From assembly GCA_965655095.1 (NCBI GenBank), contig OZ296654.1, positions 82,894,001-82,958,000 of the forward strand: a stretch of DNA of 64,000 nucleotides, in the 5' to 3' direction. Under the pieces are notes generated by a model. The model ran no database searches, was not told the origin of the DNA, and worked only from the letters and a program-made list of their open reading frames with translations. The position numbers were made by a program, and so were the translations under genes. This DNA is from Haplodiscus bocki. Its lineage: Eukaryota. Shown here in pieces: positions 1 to 13,406 of this stretch (position 1 is its first letter; each line of letters starts with the position of its first letter).

Positions 1-84
1 CCACAGCAGAGTTATTGCAAGGGGTGCTTGCCATTGCAGTTTCGGTGGTCGGGGTCGCCGTTACCCCGTTCAAATTTAAGTTAC
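1..84 (-). CDS. pum: Pumilio-family gene coding exon, runs off the window (GNLNLNGVTATPTTETAM...)
   Basis: Acceptor ctttctccatctag|GT; phase 1 matches the previous exon; frame open to the window edge. Confidence 0.8.
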
Positions 85-535
85 CTAGATGGAGAAAGAC
101 AGTTTTCATATGGGTTAAAAAGTTGAAAGAAAGAACAGACGAAGGAAAGAAGGACACTGAATTAAATCAATTTATAAGAGTTATTACAGATTAATTAGAA
201 GGGTGGTCACTCAATAGTCACAGTATCGATAAATTTCAATTACAATTTAGTCTCAAAAAAAAATAACTTTCCATTGAAAAAATGGAATCGCAGTGATTAT
301 TGGATACACACCACAAAATTTTCAACGAAAAATATCAAAATTAGATGTGAAAGATTATTTCTGTTTTCTTCTATCATGAATAAATATAGAGGCGAAACTG
401 GGCTCGGCAACATTTGTACCAACGAATTCGCTTCATATTTAATTAAAACAAGAAAGCAGGCTAGAAAATAGCAAATTTTTCATGAAAGCCAGAGTGCATG
501 AACAAAGACTGGGCAAAATTAGAATGCAGGCACAA

Positions 536-600
536 ATGCGAGTTCTGAACGGATCGGGGAAAAAAAGACCGTGATATAACAATTCCGTGCGCAAGTGTAA
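536..600 (+). repeat. 3' fragment of the same SINE-like family
   Basis: TGAACGGATCGG..AAGAC..ATAAC..GCGCAAGTGTAA. Confidence 0.6.
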
Positions 601-711
601 TAATAAGAATGAAGCCTTTTCTCGAACACAGTGGGATTTTAGCTGGCTGATTTCAGTGATTTGAGGATAATTTATTTGAGGATAAGTTAATGGACAGCTA
701 GTCTCACTAAC

Positions 712-1107
712 CCCCTGCGAGCGAGTTGAGCAGCAAAGTGGAGGGCATCAGTCTAAGGGCAGCCGCCGACAAGTCTCGAGGCCCGTTGGGTGGAATTGCC
801 AAAACTAGTTGTCCATTTTGGTCATAGTAAAGTGGAGTGGGCGCCAAAAACTGGAATCCAGGTGCGGCGTTCAGGGGCAACAAAGCAGCCGCCGCTGCTG
901 TATTGGCTGACAAGGCCGCCGCCGCCGCATTCGCTGCAGTAACATTAGCAGCACTCTGGTTGGCCCCTGAATTGTTCACGCCTTGTTGACAGTTCTGGGA
1001 AGCCGAAGCTGCATTTTGTTGATCGGTTTGGGAGGAGGTCTGGTTCGTGTTTCCGGCGGCAGCAGCAGAAAGAGTCGATGATGAAGAGTTGGAGTGTGAT
1101 TGGTTTC
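712..1107 (-). CDS. pum: Pumilio-family gene coding exon
   Basis: Acceptor gacag|GA, donor G|GTTAGT; PGFQFLAPTPLYYDQNGQLVL resembles PUM1 [20 protein letters not shown]. Confidence 0.9.
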
Positions 1108-1453
1108 CTGTCACGAATTGAATTGACTTGAATTGTTCACAAAATTAGCCGCATATTCGAAAAAGGAAATGTTGTTTTTGATTCTTGTTTTTGATTCATG
1201 TTTTCTCATACATGGCCACATTTCGCTAAAATGTGATTATTGTTGGAATTAACTGAACAAGTAACAATTCGAATAGGTAAAAACTAGAAAGGAAGATTTA
1301 CTACTGAATTCGAAATTCTCAGTTGAATTCGCACCAATTTCATGTCCTCGCAAGAAGCCACTTTGGTTACACGTTATAGGAATATACATAATATAAAGAG
1401 CAGAGTCATCTACGAAAATAGTTGTAAGTCAAGTAAAACAATTCAATGCTCAC

Positions 1454-1771
1454 CTGAGCCAACAGCAGCCATAATCTGATTGTTGGGAGTTGCCTGTTGT
1501 TGCTGATTCTGAGGGAATAGGCCTGCTGTGTGCATGCCCCAAGGAACGTTGTACCCAGACGCGGCAGTTGGGTTGTAAGGGTTGAGCAACTGGGCGTTGC
1601 CAGTCATGGATGCTAGTTGAGCCAGAGTGTAGGGGTCTGTGGGCAGCAGGTAAGGGTTGAGAGAGGCAGCGGCTGCCTGTGAAGCCAGTGCTGCAGCTGA
1701 GTTGTTTGCAACTGATACTTGTTGGCCCCCAGTCGCGTTCGTCTGACCTTGAACAGCTGCCATTGCTTGAG
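1454..1771 (-). CDS. pum: Pumilio-family gene coding exon
   Basis: Acceptor tttgcag|CT, donor G|GTGAGC; NPY..PTDPYT...VPWGMHTAGLFPQ resembles PUM1 NPY..GTDPYT...TPWGVYPASLFQQ. Confidence 0.88.
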
Positions 1772-2251
1772 CTGCAAAGTGGAACAACTTCTCAAAACTG
1801 TTTCTAATAAAGCTAAACTTGAATGTCAACAATAAAAGAGAAGCCCCTATTGGATATTCTCAGTCTCTAATGATGAATTCCCAACAAAAATTCTTCGGCA
1901 ACAGCGTTGGTACGTAGAGTAGAACTTTGTGAAGTAATCGATTAATGCAAATCGTATTTGGCCAATCTGCTTCTTTCAAATCTTTCACGTTCAAAAAATG
2001 GCGATGGGGCTTTCAGAGCCAGGTCTCACTTCAATCTATATATTGTCTCTAGAATAGTGACAATTAATTTCATGGATCATTTCTATTTGCGTTGCAAAAA
2101 TTTTTGTCAAATCTATTGGTACTATTTGTTCCAATTATTTTACGGATTCAATTCGCGTCAATTATCTCTAATTGTGATTACAATCTGTAATAATTATTGT
2201 AAGTAACTCATCTTAATTAACAAACGCAATAAAATTAAATAAATGAGTTAC

Positions 2252-2567
2252 CAATCAACTGCTGTTGTTGCTGACTCTGTATTGCTGCAGCTGCAATTGC
2301 CGCGTACTGTTGTTGAGGCGACAGATGCAGTAACCCGGAATTGGGAGCTTGACCACCTGCTGTACCGCCGGCGGCCGTGGATCCCCCGTTGTCCTGCGGG
2401 TTATTACCATCTGCAGCTGTATTGCCCCCCGCGGAATTGCTACTACCACCTCCTACTCCTGCTCCTCCATTTGCATTGCCTGCTCCTCCTCCCGCATTTG
2501 CAGAAGTAGCCCCCATAGCAGGAAAAGCACCGTTGGTCAGTGCTTGAGGAGCCAACTGTCTGATAAG
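2252..2567 (-). CDS. pum: Pumilio-family gene coding exon (LIRQL...QQQYAAIAAAA...LI)
   Basis: Acceptor ttgcag|CTT, donor G|GTAACT (phase 1); LSPQQQYAAIAAA resembles PUM1/2 LTAAQQQQYALAAA. Confidence 0.85.
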
Positions 2568-4081
2568 CTGCAAGTAAAACCAATACATGTACTTATAAAA
2601 ACTCAACAGTAGCTTTGATTAATTATTATTGCTATGATTAGCAAGTTCTGTTAAAGAGTACTATTAAAGTTATCTCTGCTTGCAAACACTTTAATCCATG
2701 CAACCCCATGTAAATGCGAAAAGAAATAGACAATTGTTGCCCTCCATAACCACAAAGTTCAACGTCCCATAAACTTCCTATAATGGTAACTTGCATTGAA
2801 AAACGGTGGTCTGTTTACCAACAAATAACATTCACTTAATATGCGTCAATGCCTATTGTTCACAATGTTTATCATATATCGACAACGGGTGACGTAATGC
2901 GTTTATCGATTGACACCTGGAGTATGGTACACAATTTGGGTTGTCTTTAAAACTACTAGATTTCCCAAAAACGCGACAAGCTAACATCTTTAACAACAAA
3001 ATGTCGCAGTGTCAAAAGGTATTAACCACGCATTGTGATGGCCCGTATTTTGGGACACCTAATGACTCAAAATAGCCTTTGTTGGTAAAAAAAAGGCTAC
3101 GGAACTTCTTTCAACTTGTCCTATCTCGCCTGTCAATCATCAAAACTGAGAAATCTAGATCTCGTGAAAGTGAACATTTTAGCTTCAGAATATGAAAGCT
3201 GTCTACAATTTTTTTCGACCGGAATTATGCAATATTTACTTTGATGTTTGAAATGATTGTCAGCATTTCACATGATTGACTAATAAGGCAAAAAATTTCT
3301 CAAACATTCTGATGTCTTGTTTACTATTATTAGCAATTTTGAGAGCGCATATTTTACCAAGTATTGTTTTTTTGTTACCCAAAATAAAATTGCCACCTTG
3401 CGGTGGTTCTCTTGAAAAACAACTCAGATACGCAGCTCAAAATGCATGATTTGAAAAATATAACAGAAAAAACTTTTGCATTATAAATTCGATGAAGAAT
3501 TAGAACTGCACAAAAGTTTTGAACTAAATTTTTCTCAGAATATGCAGTACTGATTTTAATCGAGTGAAGTCCTGGGCAAAAATTATGCAACTTTTTATGA
3601 AGCAACTTTTCCTACTATTATTCTCCTTTAAATTTGAGAACTTGGGCTTCTAAAACGCTATTTTCTGCTCAGGAGTTCACTCAATTAAAATCAGTACTGT
3701 TTCAATTTTTACTTAATTTTTTGGAAAGTAGCCATGTTAGACAGGGGAGATGCAAAATTTCAGAGAAGCAGCAGTTTAGTGCATAAAGTTGAATGTCCCA
3801 AAAGTTCAGCAATCTAAACCAAACAAGTCTCAATAATCACCCCAACTATGAATAAAAGATGAATTACGAAATTGATGATTCGCTGTTTAAAGTCTTCAGA
3901 AGGAAACTAATTCAAAGACTTAGTCCAAATTTTGTCAAAACTATCAAAAATATTCCAAGGAACTTTTCTGAGGCGCACTGACCAAAAAGCCCAAACGTTC
4001 GCTATTGTGGCCTTTTGATTTCAAGATACTCGATGGCAACCAAAAGTCGCCGAAATTTTGGACTTCCCAAAATTGGAGTTT

Positions 4082-5854
4082 TGGAGCCACCACATAAAAT
4101 TCAAAAACTAAAAGGTGAAAATTTGGTTGACAATTAAAAACTCAATTGGGCATGACATTGAACCTACTGTAGTTCTCAACAGTTCTGTCAAAGGAGGTTT
4201 TGAAAAGCCCTGAAAACCTGAAACCTTCAAATTTCTAAAATTTAGTCAAACATCAGGAAACTCCTTTTCTGACACTCTATTTTAAGACAGCATTTTTGCA
4301 AAGTTTAATGGTTACATTTCGTAATGAACTTTGCAAAAATACGTTCCAAAAATAAAGAAATGTAACCATCCCCAAGTACAGATCCCGATTATTGCGCAGA
4401 AAAACCTCGTGAGCGATTTCTGAATCTTTCATTCATCTTCAGTTTGACTTGCTTTAAACCATCTACATTGTATTGTGAAGTTGATAATAATCACAACACC
4501 CAACTGAGAATGTTTGCAGCACTTTAAAAACATGTCACTCATACTACGCTAGGTGCACGCTCGTTGCTTCAGTGCTCGTTCGTATCGTGGTGGATTTCTA
4601 GAATTCGCTTCTATTAACTTTTCCTGGAGCTTCGTTTTTTGCTGAATTTAGCTGTGCTACTTTATTCATCGTCCCAAATCTGTCTAGGTTGAACTACACC
4701 GGAAATAGAGAAAAGGTACTACCACCAGCGTGCTTTACAGACCCCTGAGCGCAAACGTAACGTGGGGATTTCCCCCTTGCTGCTGTAACTTTTCTTGGAA
4801 CTATTCAAATGCAGAGTAGCAAAACTTCTGACGTCAACCTTTGGTGTTCCTATCAAAAAAAATCTCGCTTTAAGACGGAAAAGCCATGGTAGCAGCGCAG
4901 TATTGCTTTGTGCTGGTAAGCAATCGGACTACAAGAAATTTTACTACAAGAAACTTCATATTGAATTCAACTTTTCAGGAAAAGACCGGTTTATGTGATT
5001 AATTCATCGAAATCATGGACATGATGAAGTTTGTTCCTAAAATTTTTCCTAAAAACGTTTATTCAAAAAGTCCTCAGATAAAACCACTTAATATCGCGAT
5101 CGAAAAATTCATTCGGTTGAAATGCGATTATCCCATTGTTGACAGCGTAAAATGAGCTACAATTTAATTTGTTTCAAGGACACGTGATGTTTAAAATTCA
5201 TGAAGAATATACCTAAATTAGTTCACTTTTATTTGTTTGCTCCAATGTTTTTACACGCCACTTTAAAACTCGTTGGTTTTTAAAGTTCAGAGGAGGAGCT
5301 TATTTATCGACACATGGGCGGCAGATTATAATTCATCATTTGTCCATAATATTTAACACTGGATGTCAACAATTAGAAACGTCAAACTCGGTTACTCATA
5401 CTTGTTTTGTAAGCTATTTTGCCACAACTCTGCTTTGTAACGTTTACACACTGAACTGACTCCTTCCAAAAGCACGCTATGAATCTTTATAGACGAATCA
5501 TGGGATTACATGAACTTTGATCACAAATTACTATCTGTAAAAAACAAAACTTCGGATAATACAAGTCAACAAAATTTGAATCTTCCAATGCAGAGTCCAA
5601 TTTTCCTCAAGGGATCTCGCCAGTTTCAATTAGGTAAGACTATGATTTTGATCGAGAATAGGATCTAATTAGTGTCTAATTAGTTACAAAGAATTGGAAG
5701 ATGGATCCTCGACAAGATTAGACATTGGGCTCATTTCCAGAGTTGTTCAGATAGTCTTTTTGATATATGGACTGCTTGAGAATTGTTTGGTCAGACAATC
5801 AACTATCAGAGTTAACATTGGATCATTTTCTGGTACTCTAAGGCAACGGTTACA
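4082..5854 (+). repeat. 5' LTR, split by an ~1.4 kb insertion (LTR parts ~4082-4179 and ~5579-5854)
   Basis: Both parts align in order to 10670-11042. Confidence 0.88.
4180..5578. mobile_element. Unclassified non-coding insertion inside the 5' LTR
   Basis: Absent from the 3' LTR; starts CA, ends TG, flanked by AA on both sides. Confidence 0.6.
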
Positions 5855-7470
5855 ATTGAATCGCCAACCCGGGCAGTTTTTTATTCTGCTTGATACTGAA
5901 AATCTTTCTTGCATCATGACGGGAAAGTCAACGGCCTGTGTACCAACTGAAGTAACACGACACTTGGTACAGTGATCCCAACAGAGAAAAGGACTTGAAG
6001 AAAGGAGGAGATTCCAAAACGGCAGACCTTGGTGGATACCGTGTTCGTTAATATTGAATATATCAACAATCCTGGAACTTATCCTGTTTTTCGTTTGACG
6101 ATTTACGATGGATCTGACTTCAGATGGGTCAATTTGGTTAAGCACTATGAGTTGTATCTTTCTCGTATGAAATCAACGAACTTCTCTGCTGTAGATCAAA
6201 TCTTTTGAAGTCAAGGCCAGCTGCGACGCTGGAAAGGAATCTAAAACTTGTGCAAAACGGACTATTGGTATTCCGTGTAAATTGGTAGAACTCAAAAGTG
6301 GTGGAACTATTTCGAACAGAAGAGATCAACTCAAAGTCTCGACCAGTCGTCAGGCCAACTTTCAGAACACAAATGGTCAAATGCAAAACAAGGCACAGTT
6401 GGAAATTCCTCAAAAACAAATACAAAGCTGTGCCAATACAAATGACAGACCAAAAAAATTTCACGAGTCTTGGCTGCAAGAGATCAGACTGTGGCGTACT
6501 GAAAAGAAAAACTGGTGCTTCTGAAAGCTGTTCCGGCCGCGCCAAAGAGAAAGACACACAAGAGTTCTCTCAAAACGCTAATGCTACACTTCAGTTGTGG
6601 TATGCATACTTGAATGGAGCTGAGGGGAAGAACACCTCATTGTAAGCCAGTACATTTTTCTGATCTTTATCAACCTGTCGTCAGTGGATCTCCAATGACT
6701 CCAGTAATTCAGGAGCTGAGACCGCTTTGCTGAGGAGTGATGTTGAGCCAAGTGCTCCTCCAGCAAACAACTTAAGCGCGATCAACGATCAGGATATCCA
6801 ACCACCAACTTCGAGTGAACAACCACATGCACTAGTGATTCAGAAGAACCTAGATCCTGCAGAAACTCTTGGTGTAAGTTGATCCTCTCGAAATAAGTTT
6901 GCAGTGTTTGAAGATACAGCACATGTGATGGGAAAGGCAAAAGAAAAGGGTGCTGCCTCAACTTTCATCAGTCTCGTCGAGCCGTCGAATCGGAAAGGAA
7001 AAAACCATGGAAGAGAAAGTTGCCGCTGACATGATGCGCAAGAGGAAAAACGGAGTTGAGGCGTCAGCAAAGAGGGTTAGAGCCTCCTGCTGAAAGAACA
7101 GCAATGGAATTCGCAGCTACGCAGCGCGAATTGGAGTTGTTAATGAAACTAATACGGTTTCAGTTAGAAGACATTAATGATCTTCAGAGAACAGTTTGTC
7201 AAGTGTTAGCTCTTCACTCAGTGCTAAAGACGAAAATAAAAATAGCTTGAACTCAGCAAAAAACGATTTTGACAGTACTATCAATCACAATGTGACAGAA
7301 CAAAAGGCCAATGGCTCAAAAAAGGAAGCTAGAGCTCCGGTTCCGGCGACATCTATTCCAAAACCGGCCGCTGACTCATTAAGCTTCGATGTAAAGGCAA
7401 GGAAAAGTAGTTTACTGTACGATCCCTGCAAAATCGTTATTCCCTCGAAAGTTCCAACCCAACCAGCATC

Positions 7471-8431
7471 ATCTGCAGCTAATGCCCATGTAAGCCAACC
7501 ATCACTATTACCGTTGATGAACATGAAAATATACAAACAGATACTCGACAAACTCTCTGGCGACACTCTGGCATAACCAGTGTGGTCTGGTCATTTTGTG
7601 GAGTCATTTGGTCAAAACTGTTCTTAGCGCATGGATGAAGAGCATCGCTGAAATTCAAGAGAGCTTGAAGATGCAATTAGGAACGGCCAGAAAACGAGCA
7701 GTTTTGGCCGTGACAAGCAGAAACCAACTACTTCCACATCCGATGTTAAAGAGGAGAAATCTGCAGCTAATGCCCATGTGAGCCAACCATCACTATTACC
7801 GTTGATGAATATGAAAATATACAAACAGATACTCGACAAGCTCTCTGGCGATACTCTGGATTAACCAGAGTGGTCTGGTCAATTTTTTGTCGCCAGTGGA
7901 GTAAGCCGCTGTTGATGACGAGAAGATGAAGTGTTTGAAAACTCTTGTGACTGGGAAGGCCAAAGCTGCAATCGAAGTGGACTACAAGTGGACTATGTAC
8001 CGAGTGGCATGGCAAACGCTGGCTAGAAATTTTGGGAGACGCGAATTGGTGGTAAATGCTCAATTAAAGAAAATCAATTCTGATCCCTTCATCCAACCTC
8101 ACGATCCCTCAGCAGTAATAAAGTTTTCGCAAAATGTTTCTGGGTGTGTTAATGTGTTGACTCAGTTTGGGTATGAAAACGACCTGACATCCAAATCTGT
8201 ATTGAAGGGTGCTGTCAGAAAACTACTCAACGGTAACCAAGCCACACGGTTGTTGACCTATCTTCAGAGGCACGATTCAAGTTTCAAAACTGTTCTAAGC
8301 GCATGGATGAAGAGCATCGCTGAAATTCAAGAGAACTTGAAGATGCAATTAGGAACGGCCAGAAAACGAGCAGTTTTGGCCGTGACAAGCAGAAAACAAC
8401 TACTTCCACATCCGATGTTGAAGAGGAGAAA
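7471..8431 (+). repeat. Internal gag duplication A-B-A'-C-B'
   Basis: 7471-7600 recurs at 7759-7888; 7612-7759 recurs at 8284-8431, near-identical. Confidence 0.9.
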
Positions 8432-9559
8432 AATGTGTCCAGCACCAAATGTCCTTTGAAGGAGGTAGACCACAAAATTTGGAACTGGCCACTCTCCAGG
8501 AAGATGACAGCAGACGAGAGAGGTGGTGACACAAGGAAACTCAATCTGTTTCTGCTGCTAGAATGCAAGACATCGACCGAATCAATTTTCCCTAAAAAGA
8601 ACTTGAGGCAAAGATGGTTGAATGAAAAAACACAACAGACTGCTTCATTGAGACGAGAAGACTCAAACGAACGGTCAAATTGGAGAATCATCCACGCATG
8701 CCGTTTTTATCGACAAGGCGTGTAGCGGTTTATTCCAAGTGCAGGCAGTACGCCTTTCCAATGGTGCTAACAATGTTGACATGCTAGCTGTATGTCGCAC
8801 TGGAACAATGCTATCTTTCATTGACCAGGAGATCAAGACGCAGCTAGGTACAAAAGGAAAACTGACGCTGAGTGTGGCCTGTAGCAACGGGACAAAAGAC
8901 ATGGACAATGAGAAGATTTCACTCAAAGTAATTGCGAATGATAGTGATAAAGTTGCTAGTTTTCATGTACACCCAAGAATGTATCATGTCAACAGTTTTT
9001 ATTATTCCCATATCAGAGAGAAATCCCGACATTTGAAAGTATTTCCAAACAATCAAGTTGATTTTAAACGTGAAAGTTGTCATTCGTCAGGATAATTTTC
9101 ATTTGTTTCTTCCAATGGATAACAGGAAAGGAAGAATGAGCCCTGAGCGGTCAGACGAAGCTCGTTTGGACTCTCAGTATGAGGAGATTGAGGTAGAGGA
9201 AACAATCTGCCTCAATCAAGCATAGCAGTCCGTCACTGAATGGCCGAAAATAAGTAGTTATCGGAAAATGATCAACAGTTCTGCGTACTGTTAGCGATTT
9301 AAAACCGATCAGAAGGGGCCAATCAAATGCTCAGGAGTTGCACAAGTCACAGCTTTTACTTCTCCGCTTGGCTCAACGAGAGAGTTTTCCGGACTTTTTC
9401 AAATCTTTCGCCGTGGCCACTGTCGAGAAACTTTCGCCGGTCTTGGAACGATTGTCGCCGTTTATGGCCCAAGACGAGACGATCCATCTGCGCGGGCGTG
9501 AGACAATCAGACTTGAGTTTGAGACAAAGCATCCACAGCTACAGACAGCCAAGCATTCT

Positions 9560-10480
9560 TTAGTGCCACTGCTTTAGAGGCAGGCACATGTAGACAACCA
9601 TCAAGAAGGTACTGAGTATGTTCGAAGTGTTCTCCAGCAGCAAAACTGGATATTGGATCTGAGGAATGCTCTGCGGAATATCAAATATCAAGATTTTCAA
9701 TGCAGAAAACTAAGAGTGCAGCCGTTGAAACTAGAAATGGCCGATCTTCCGAAGGAGCAGTTGAATGGTACTGGTTATTTATTTTAAAATACTGGAACTG
9801 ATTATTTAGGTCCATTCGAAGTTTGCGGAAGACTGTTAAAAATCAGCGTTGTCTAGTCACTTGTTTGACTACACGAGCTGTTCATATCGATGTGGTATAC
9901 AATCTGGATACCGATGCCTGCAAGATGGCGATCACGCGTTTCACGGCTAGACAAGGCAAGCCGCACACGATCATCAGTGACAACGGTACCAACTTCGTGG
10001 ATTCTCGTGAAGTAAAGGAACTGGCGAAGGAGTAGAAACAGACAGCTGATCACGACAGTCTAGCACATCATCGTTGGATCTGAAGTTCAATCCTCCTGGT
10101 GAACCTCAATTGCTTGGCATATGGGAAAGACTGGTTCGCAGCTGCCAAAAGGCGATGTACTCCATATTCGGTTCCAGAGGCTTCACTCTGCCAGTACTGA
10201 CAACAAGTATGTATTTGGTGGAACAAACTCTCAGTGAATGACCATTTCTCCCAGACAATCATGATCTTAAGGATCTGGAAGATTTGACGCCGTACCATTT
10301 TTTTGGGTCGTAGAGTTGTGCACCAACCATTGCTACCTGATGCAATCAGATACGAGGACTGCCGGAAAATGTACGAAGTGGCTCAAAGCACTAGACCAAG
10401 GAGTATTTACCTCAAAGCAATGTGAGCTCCAAATGGTTCAAATAAGAGCGCCGTGAGCTCAATGATGGAGACTTAGTGTG
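9560..10480 (+). pseudogene. BEL/Pao integrase (zinc-binding + DDE + C-terminal region)
   Basis: AHVDNHQEG..MADLP, TGTDYLGPF, SDNGTNFV, KFNPPGEP..GIWERLVRS, LTPYHF; disrupted. Confidence 0.88.
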
Positions 10481-10669
10481 GATCGCCGATGAATCAGTAC
10501 AGAAATCATTCTATGAAATTGCTAAAATTTTGGAGGTGCAAGCTAGATCCGACGGCAATCTTAGATCTGCTAGGATCAAAATTGAAACATGAGAACTCCA
10601 GAACACATCAGCGAAACATACGCCAGTATTCTACCAATATTTTCCGATTGAAAAGAGGGCCGGCAATAA

Positions 10670-11042
10670 TGGCGTCACCACATGAATTTCAACAACTAAA
10701 TGGTGAAATTTTGCTTCAAAGTTCAAAACTCAATTGGGCATGACATTGAACCTACTGTAGTCCCCAAATTTCCCAATTCAGAGTCCAAATTTCCTCATGG
10801 GATCTCGCCAGTTTCAATTAGGAAAGACTTTGATTTTGATCGAGAATAGGATCTAATTAGCGACTAATTAGTTACAAAGAATTGGAGGATGGATCTTCGA
10901 CAAGATTAGCCAGTGGGCTCATTTCCAGAATTGTTCAGATGCTCTTTTTAATATATGGACTGCTTGAGAATTGTTTGCTCAGACAGTGAACTATCAGGGT
11001 TAACCTTGGATCATTTTCTGGTACTCCAAGGCAGCGGTTACA
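10670..11042 (+). repeat. 3' LTR (~373 bp)
   Basis: Follows the purine tract GAAAAGAGGG, ends GGTTACA, homologous to the 5' LTR. Confidence 0.9.
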
Positions 11043-12019
11043 GAGTTCAGCATTAGGGAAACGAAGAACCGTTTGGGAACCCCTTTCCAAACAGGCCTTA
11101 AGGTTAGGCATTAAACGCCATAGAATTTAGAATTGTGAAAAAAAGGAACTTACTACAATGATTCGCGAAAAATATGCATTGGGCGATTTGATCTGAAATT
11201 CCTATGGCGAAAAACCTTTCGCAGCGTTTGAAATTTGAAAATTTTCCACGCTTTCGATAAATTGCATTTTTCCGACGCTTTGGGGATCAACAATACATCG
11301 GCGCGACGCAAGGTCATTATTTTCAAAAACTAGAGAAGAAGATGCGAATCTTGTTGAGAATATTCCGTATGAGAAAATCAATTGGCACAAGTACTTGAAA
11401 TCGAAACATTAAATAAAAAAGAGTAGCGTGCGCTGTAGTTTGAGGAAACAGCGAAAGAGTAAACAAGACACCCGCATACCACCAGAAAACTTTCCGCCCT
11501 CCAACTTCGTTGAATATTTCTGGAAAAACTCTTCAAATTTTCCAAATCATCGAAGCTAAAATTTTTCTGATTTTCTGCAAAACCTCAAATTAAATGTAAA
11601 AAATGTAGTTCATAAAATAAGGTCAATCGATAAGCATTCTGCAACAAATTTGGCTTCTTTACCATTTTCGGAAAAATCAAGGTTCAAAACATTTTTTCTA
11701 ACAAAGAGGCAGAGCGGAACTTCGCAACCCATTCTGACTTGTCAGTTGAGATCAAAGATCTTGAACAAATCAAAGGCCCTAAGAGATATTTGAATCTTGA
11801 TCGGAATTTTTGATCACTGGTTTGAAAAACGAACAACAGCGTTCTAAAAGGTAATGTTTCACGTAACAATATTTCCAATATGAATGTGAGACAGTTTGGC
11901 TAATGTATTAGGTGTCCCCCACAAAACGTTGCATTTCAAATTTTCGAGCTCTGAAAATGGTTGAAATTGGTGAACAAAACATCGGAATTTCAAGAAATGA
12001 CTAGAATTTGTGCTGAAGT

Positions 12020-12300
12020 AACAAAATGCAAGTTTTGGATAAGATAAAAAAACTATGCATAGGCCGGTTTCCAATACTCATTTTTCCTTTCATTCAAAAT
12101 GAGTAAAAAACCCATATTGAGTACGCATTTGCGAAATCTGCCAATTTTCGTCGCATTGTACGGCAGATTTGCTATAGTTTGTTGATTGAAAAATTACAAA
12201 ATCCGGACATTTTCAATTCGCCAGTAAATTTTAGAAAAACAACGAACGCGTTTAGTGGATGACTTTCCTTTCATATTTACATTTGGGGGGAAAATAATAA
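12020..12300 (+). repeat. Diverged interspersed repeat, second copy at ~15635-15922
   Basis: Shared AAAATGCAAGTTTTG ... AGTGGA(T/C)GACTTTCCTT ... GGAAAA(T/C)AATAA. Confidence 0.65.
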
Positions 12301-12920
12301 AAACGAATATGAGTAAGGAAAACGAATATAAGTAAGAACTTCTTCACTATCGCTCAACCTCTTCGTATTTGCGAAAAAAAAGATGTAGGAAATAAGTTCC
12401 ACTTAAGGACTAAAAAACTGTTTCCTCCGGTAAGCATAAAATTTTCATCGCTGGACAGACACACAGTGAGACTTTAGGACTTTTAGCTGTTTTTGGCTAA
12501 GTCGATTTTTGTGCCAAATTAGTGTTATTACTCCTCGCCATAACATTCCAAACTTCAACAACTGAGGTGAGGAGACTGACAGACCTGTTTTAAAAATGTC
12601 AACAGAAACGGTCCATGATGATAATTTGTTTGAGTGAGCACATTCTAACATCCCCAAACTTCTTCGTTTCAAGTTTTGACCAAATAGAGGACGAATCCAA
12701 ATTTCTCAAAAATTAACTGTTGCGAATCTAAAAGATCCAGTCATAGATGCATGTCAAAAGTTCGGAAGGAGTCAATCTGCATGTACCCCTGCTTTCTATT
12801 TTCATGAATTATCCATAAATTCCATCTTCCTTTTGTGTCTCATTTTTTAGCCGACAATTCAGTTTAAAAGGCACGTGTATCAACGGAGATATCATTGAAA
12901 TTACTGACTTCGAAACTGAC

Positions 12921-13406
12921 CTGATTCTGATACTGTTGAAACAAGTGCGGGGGGTCTACAATCCCAGCTCCATTTCCATAATCCAAAGCTGCCGCCGCTG
13001 AACATGCCAAGTTTTGCTGCATGCTATTCGCTCCAATATGTATGCCCCCATTGAGTTCATTAGTCACCATCAACTGTGGCTTCATTCCAGAACTCGATTC
13101 GTCAGTTCCATTGGACGAATTCAGACTCACCCCTCCTTCGATGCTCCCATTTTGACTTTGAGCTCCCCGTGAGCCCGAACTATTTTCCAGGGCAGAAGTC
13201 TCCGACGACAGTTCATCTGGAGTCCCGGTTGGGTCAGGTCTGTTCAAAACTTCACTTGTTGAGTGACTGCCGTTTTCGGTCACTTTCTTATCGTCGTTTC
13301 CACCATCCGAAGAAGCTTCAAGTTTTTCTCTCACATGATTGTCAGACGATAGGTTTGTAGAGTCACTGACGTTACCGTTCACGTGAACAGATTCTGATTC
13401 CAAAGT
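12921..13406 (-). CDS. pum: Pumilio-family gene coding exon (TLESES...QQYQNQ)
   Basis: Acceptor ctttaccag|ACT, donor CAG|GTCAGT, phase 0-0. Confidence 0.8.

Larger units (their letters stand above)
4082..11042 (+). mobile_element. Decayed BEL/Pao LTR retrotransposon lacking RT/RNase H
   Basis: Paired LTRs TG...GGTTACA; GAGTT at 4076-4080 and 11043-11047 (probable 5-bp TSD, left copy offset by 1 nt); polypurine tract at ~10650; DUF1759-like gag (KMKCLKTLVTGKAKAAI..AWQTLARNFG); integrase TCLTTRAVHIDVV..RFTARQGKP..SDNGTNFV; many stops and frameshifts. Confidence 0.92.

Noticed and set aside
2243-2612. Plus-strand ORFs antisense to Pumilio exons (also 13076-13360 and 19905-20177)
   Set aside because: Shadow frames of GC-richer coding exons
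6282-6660. KKFHESWL..WCF as a TTF-type zinc finger of a hAT element nested in the BEL element
   Set aside because: Too short and degenerate; no termini found
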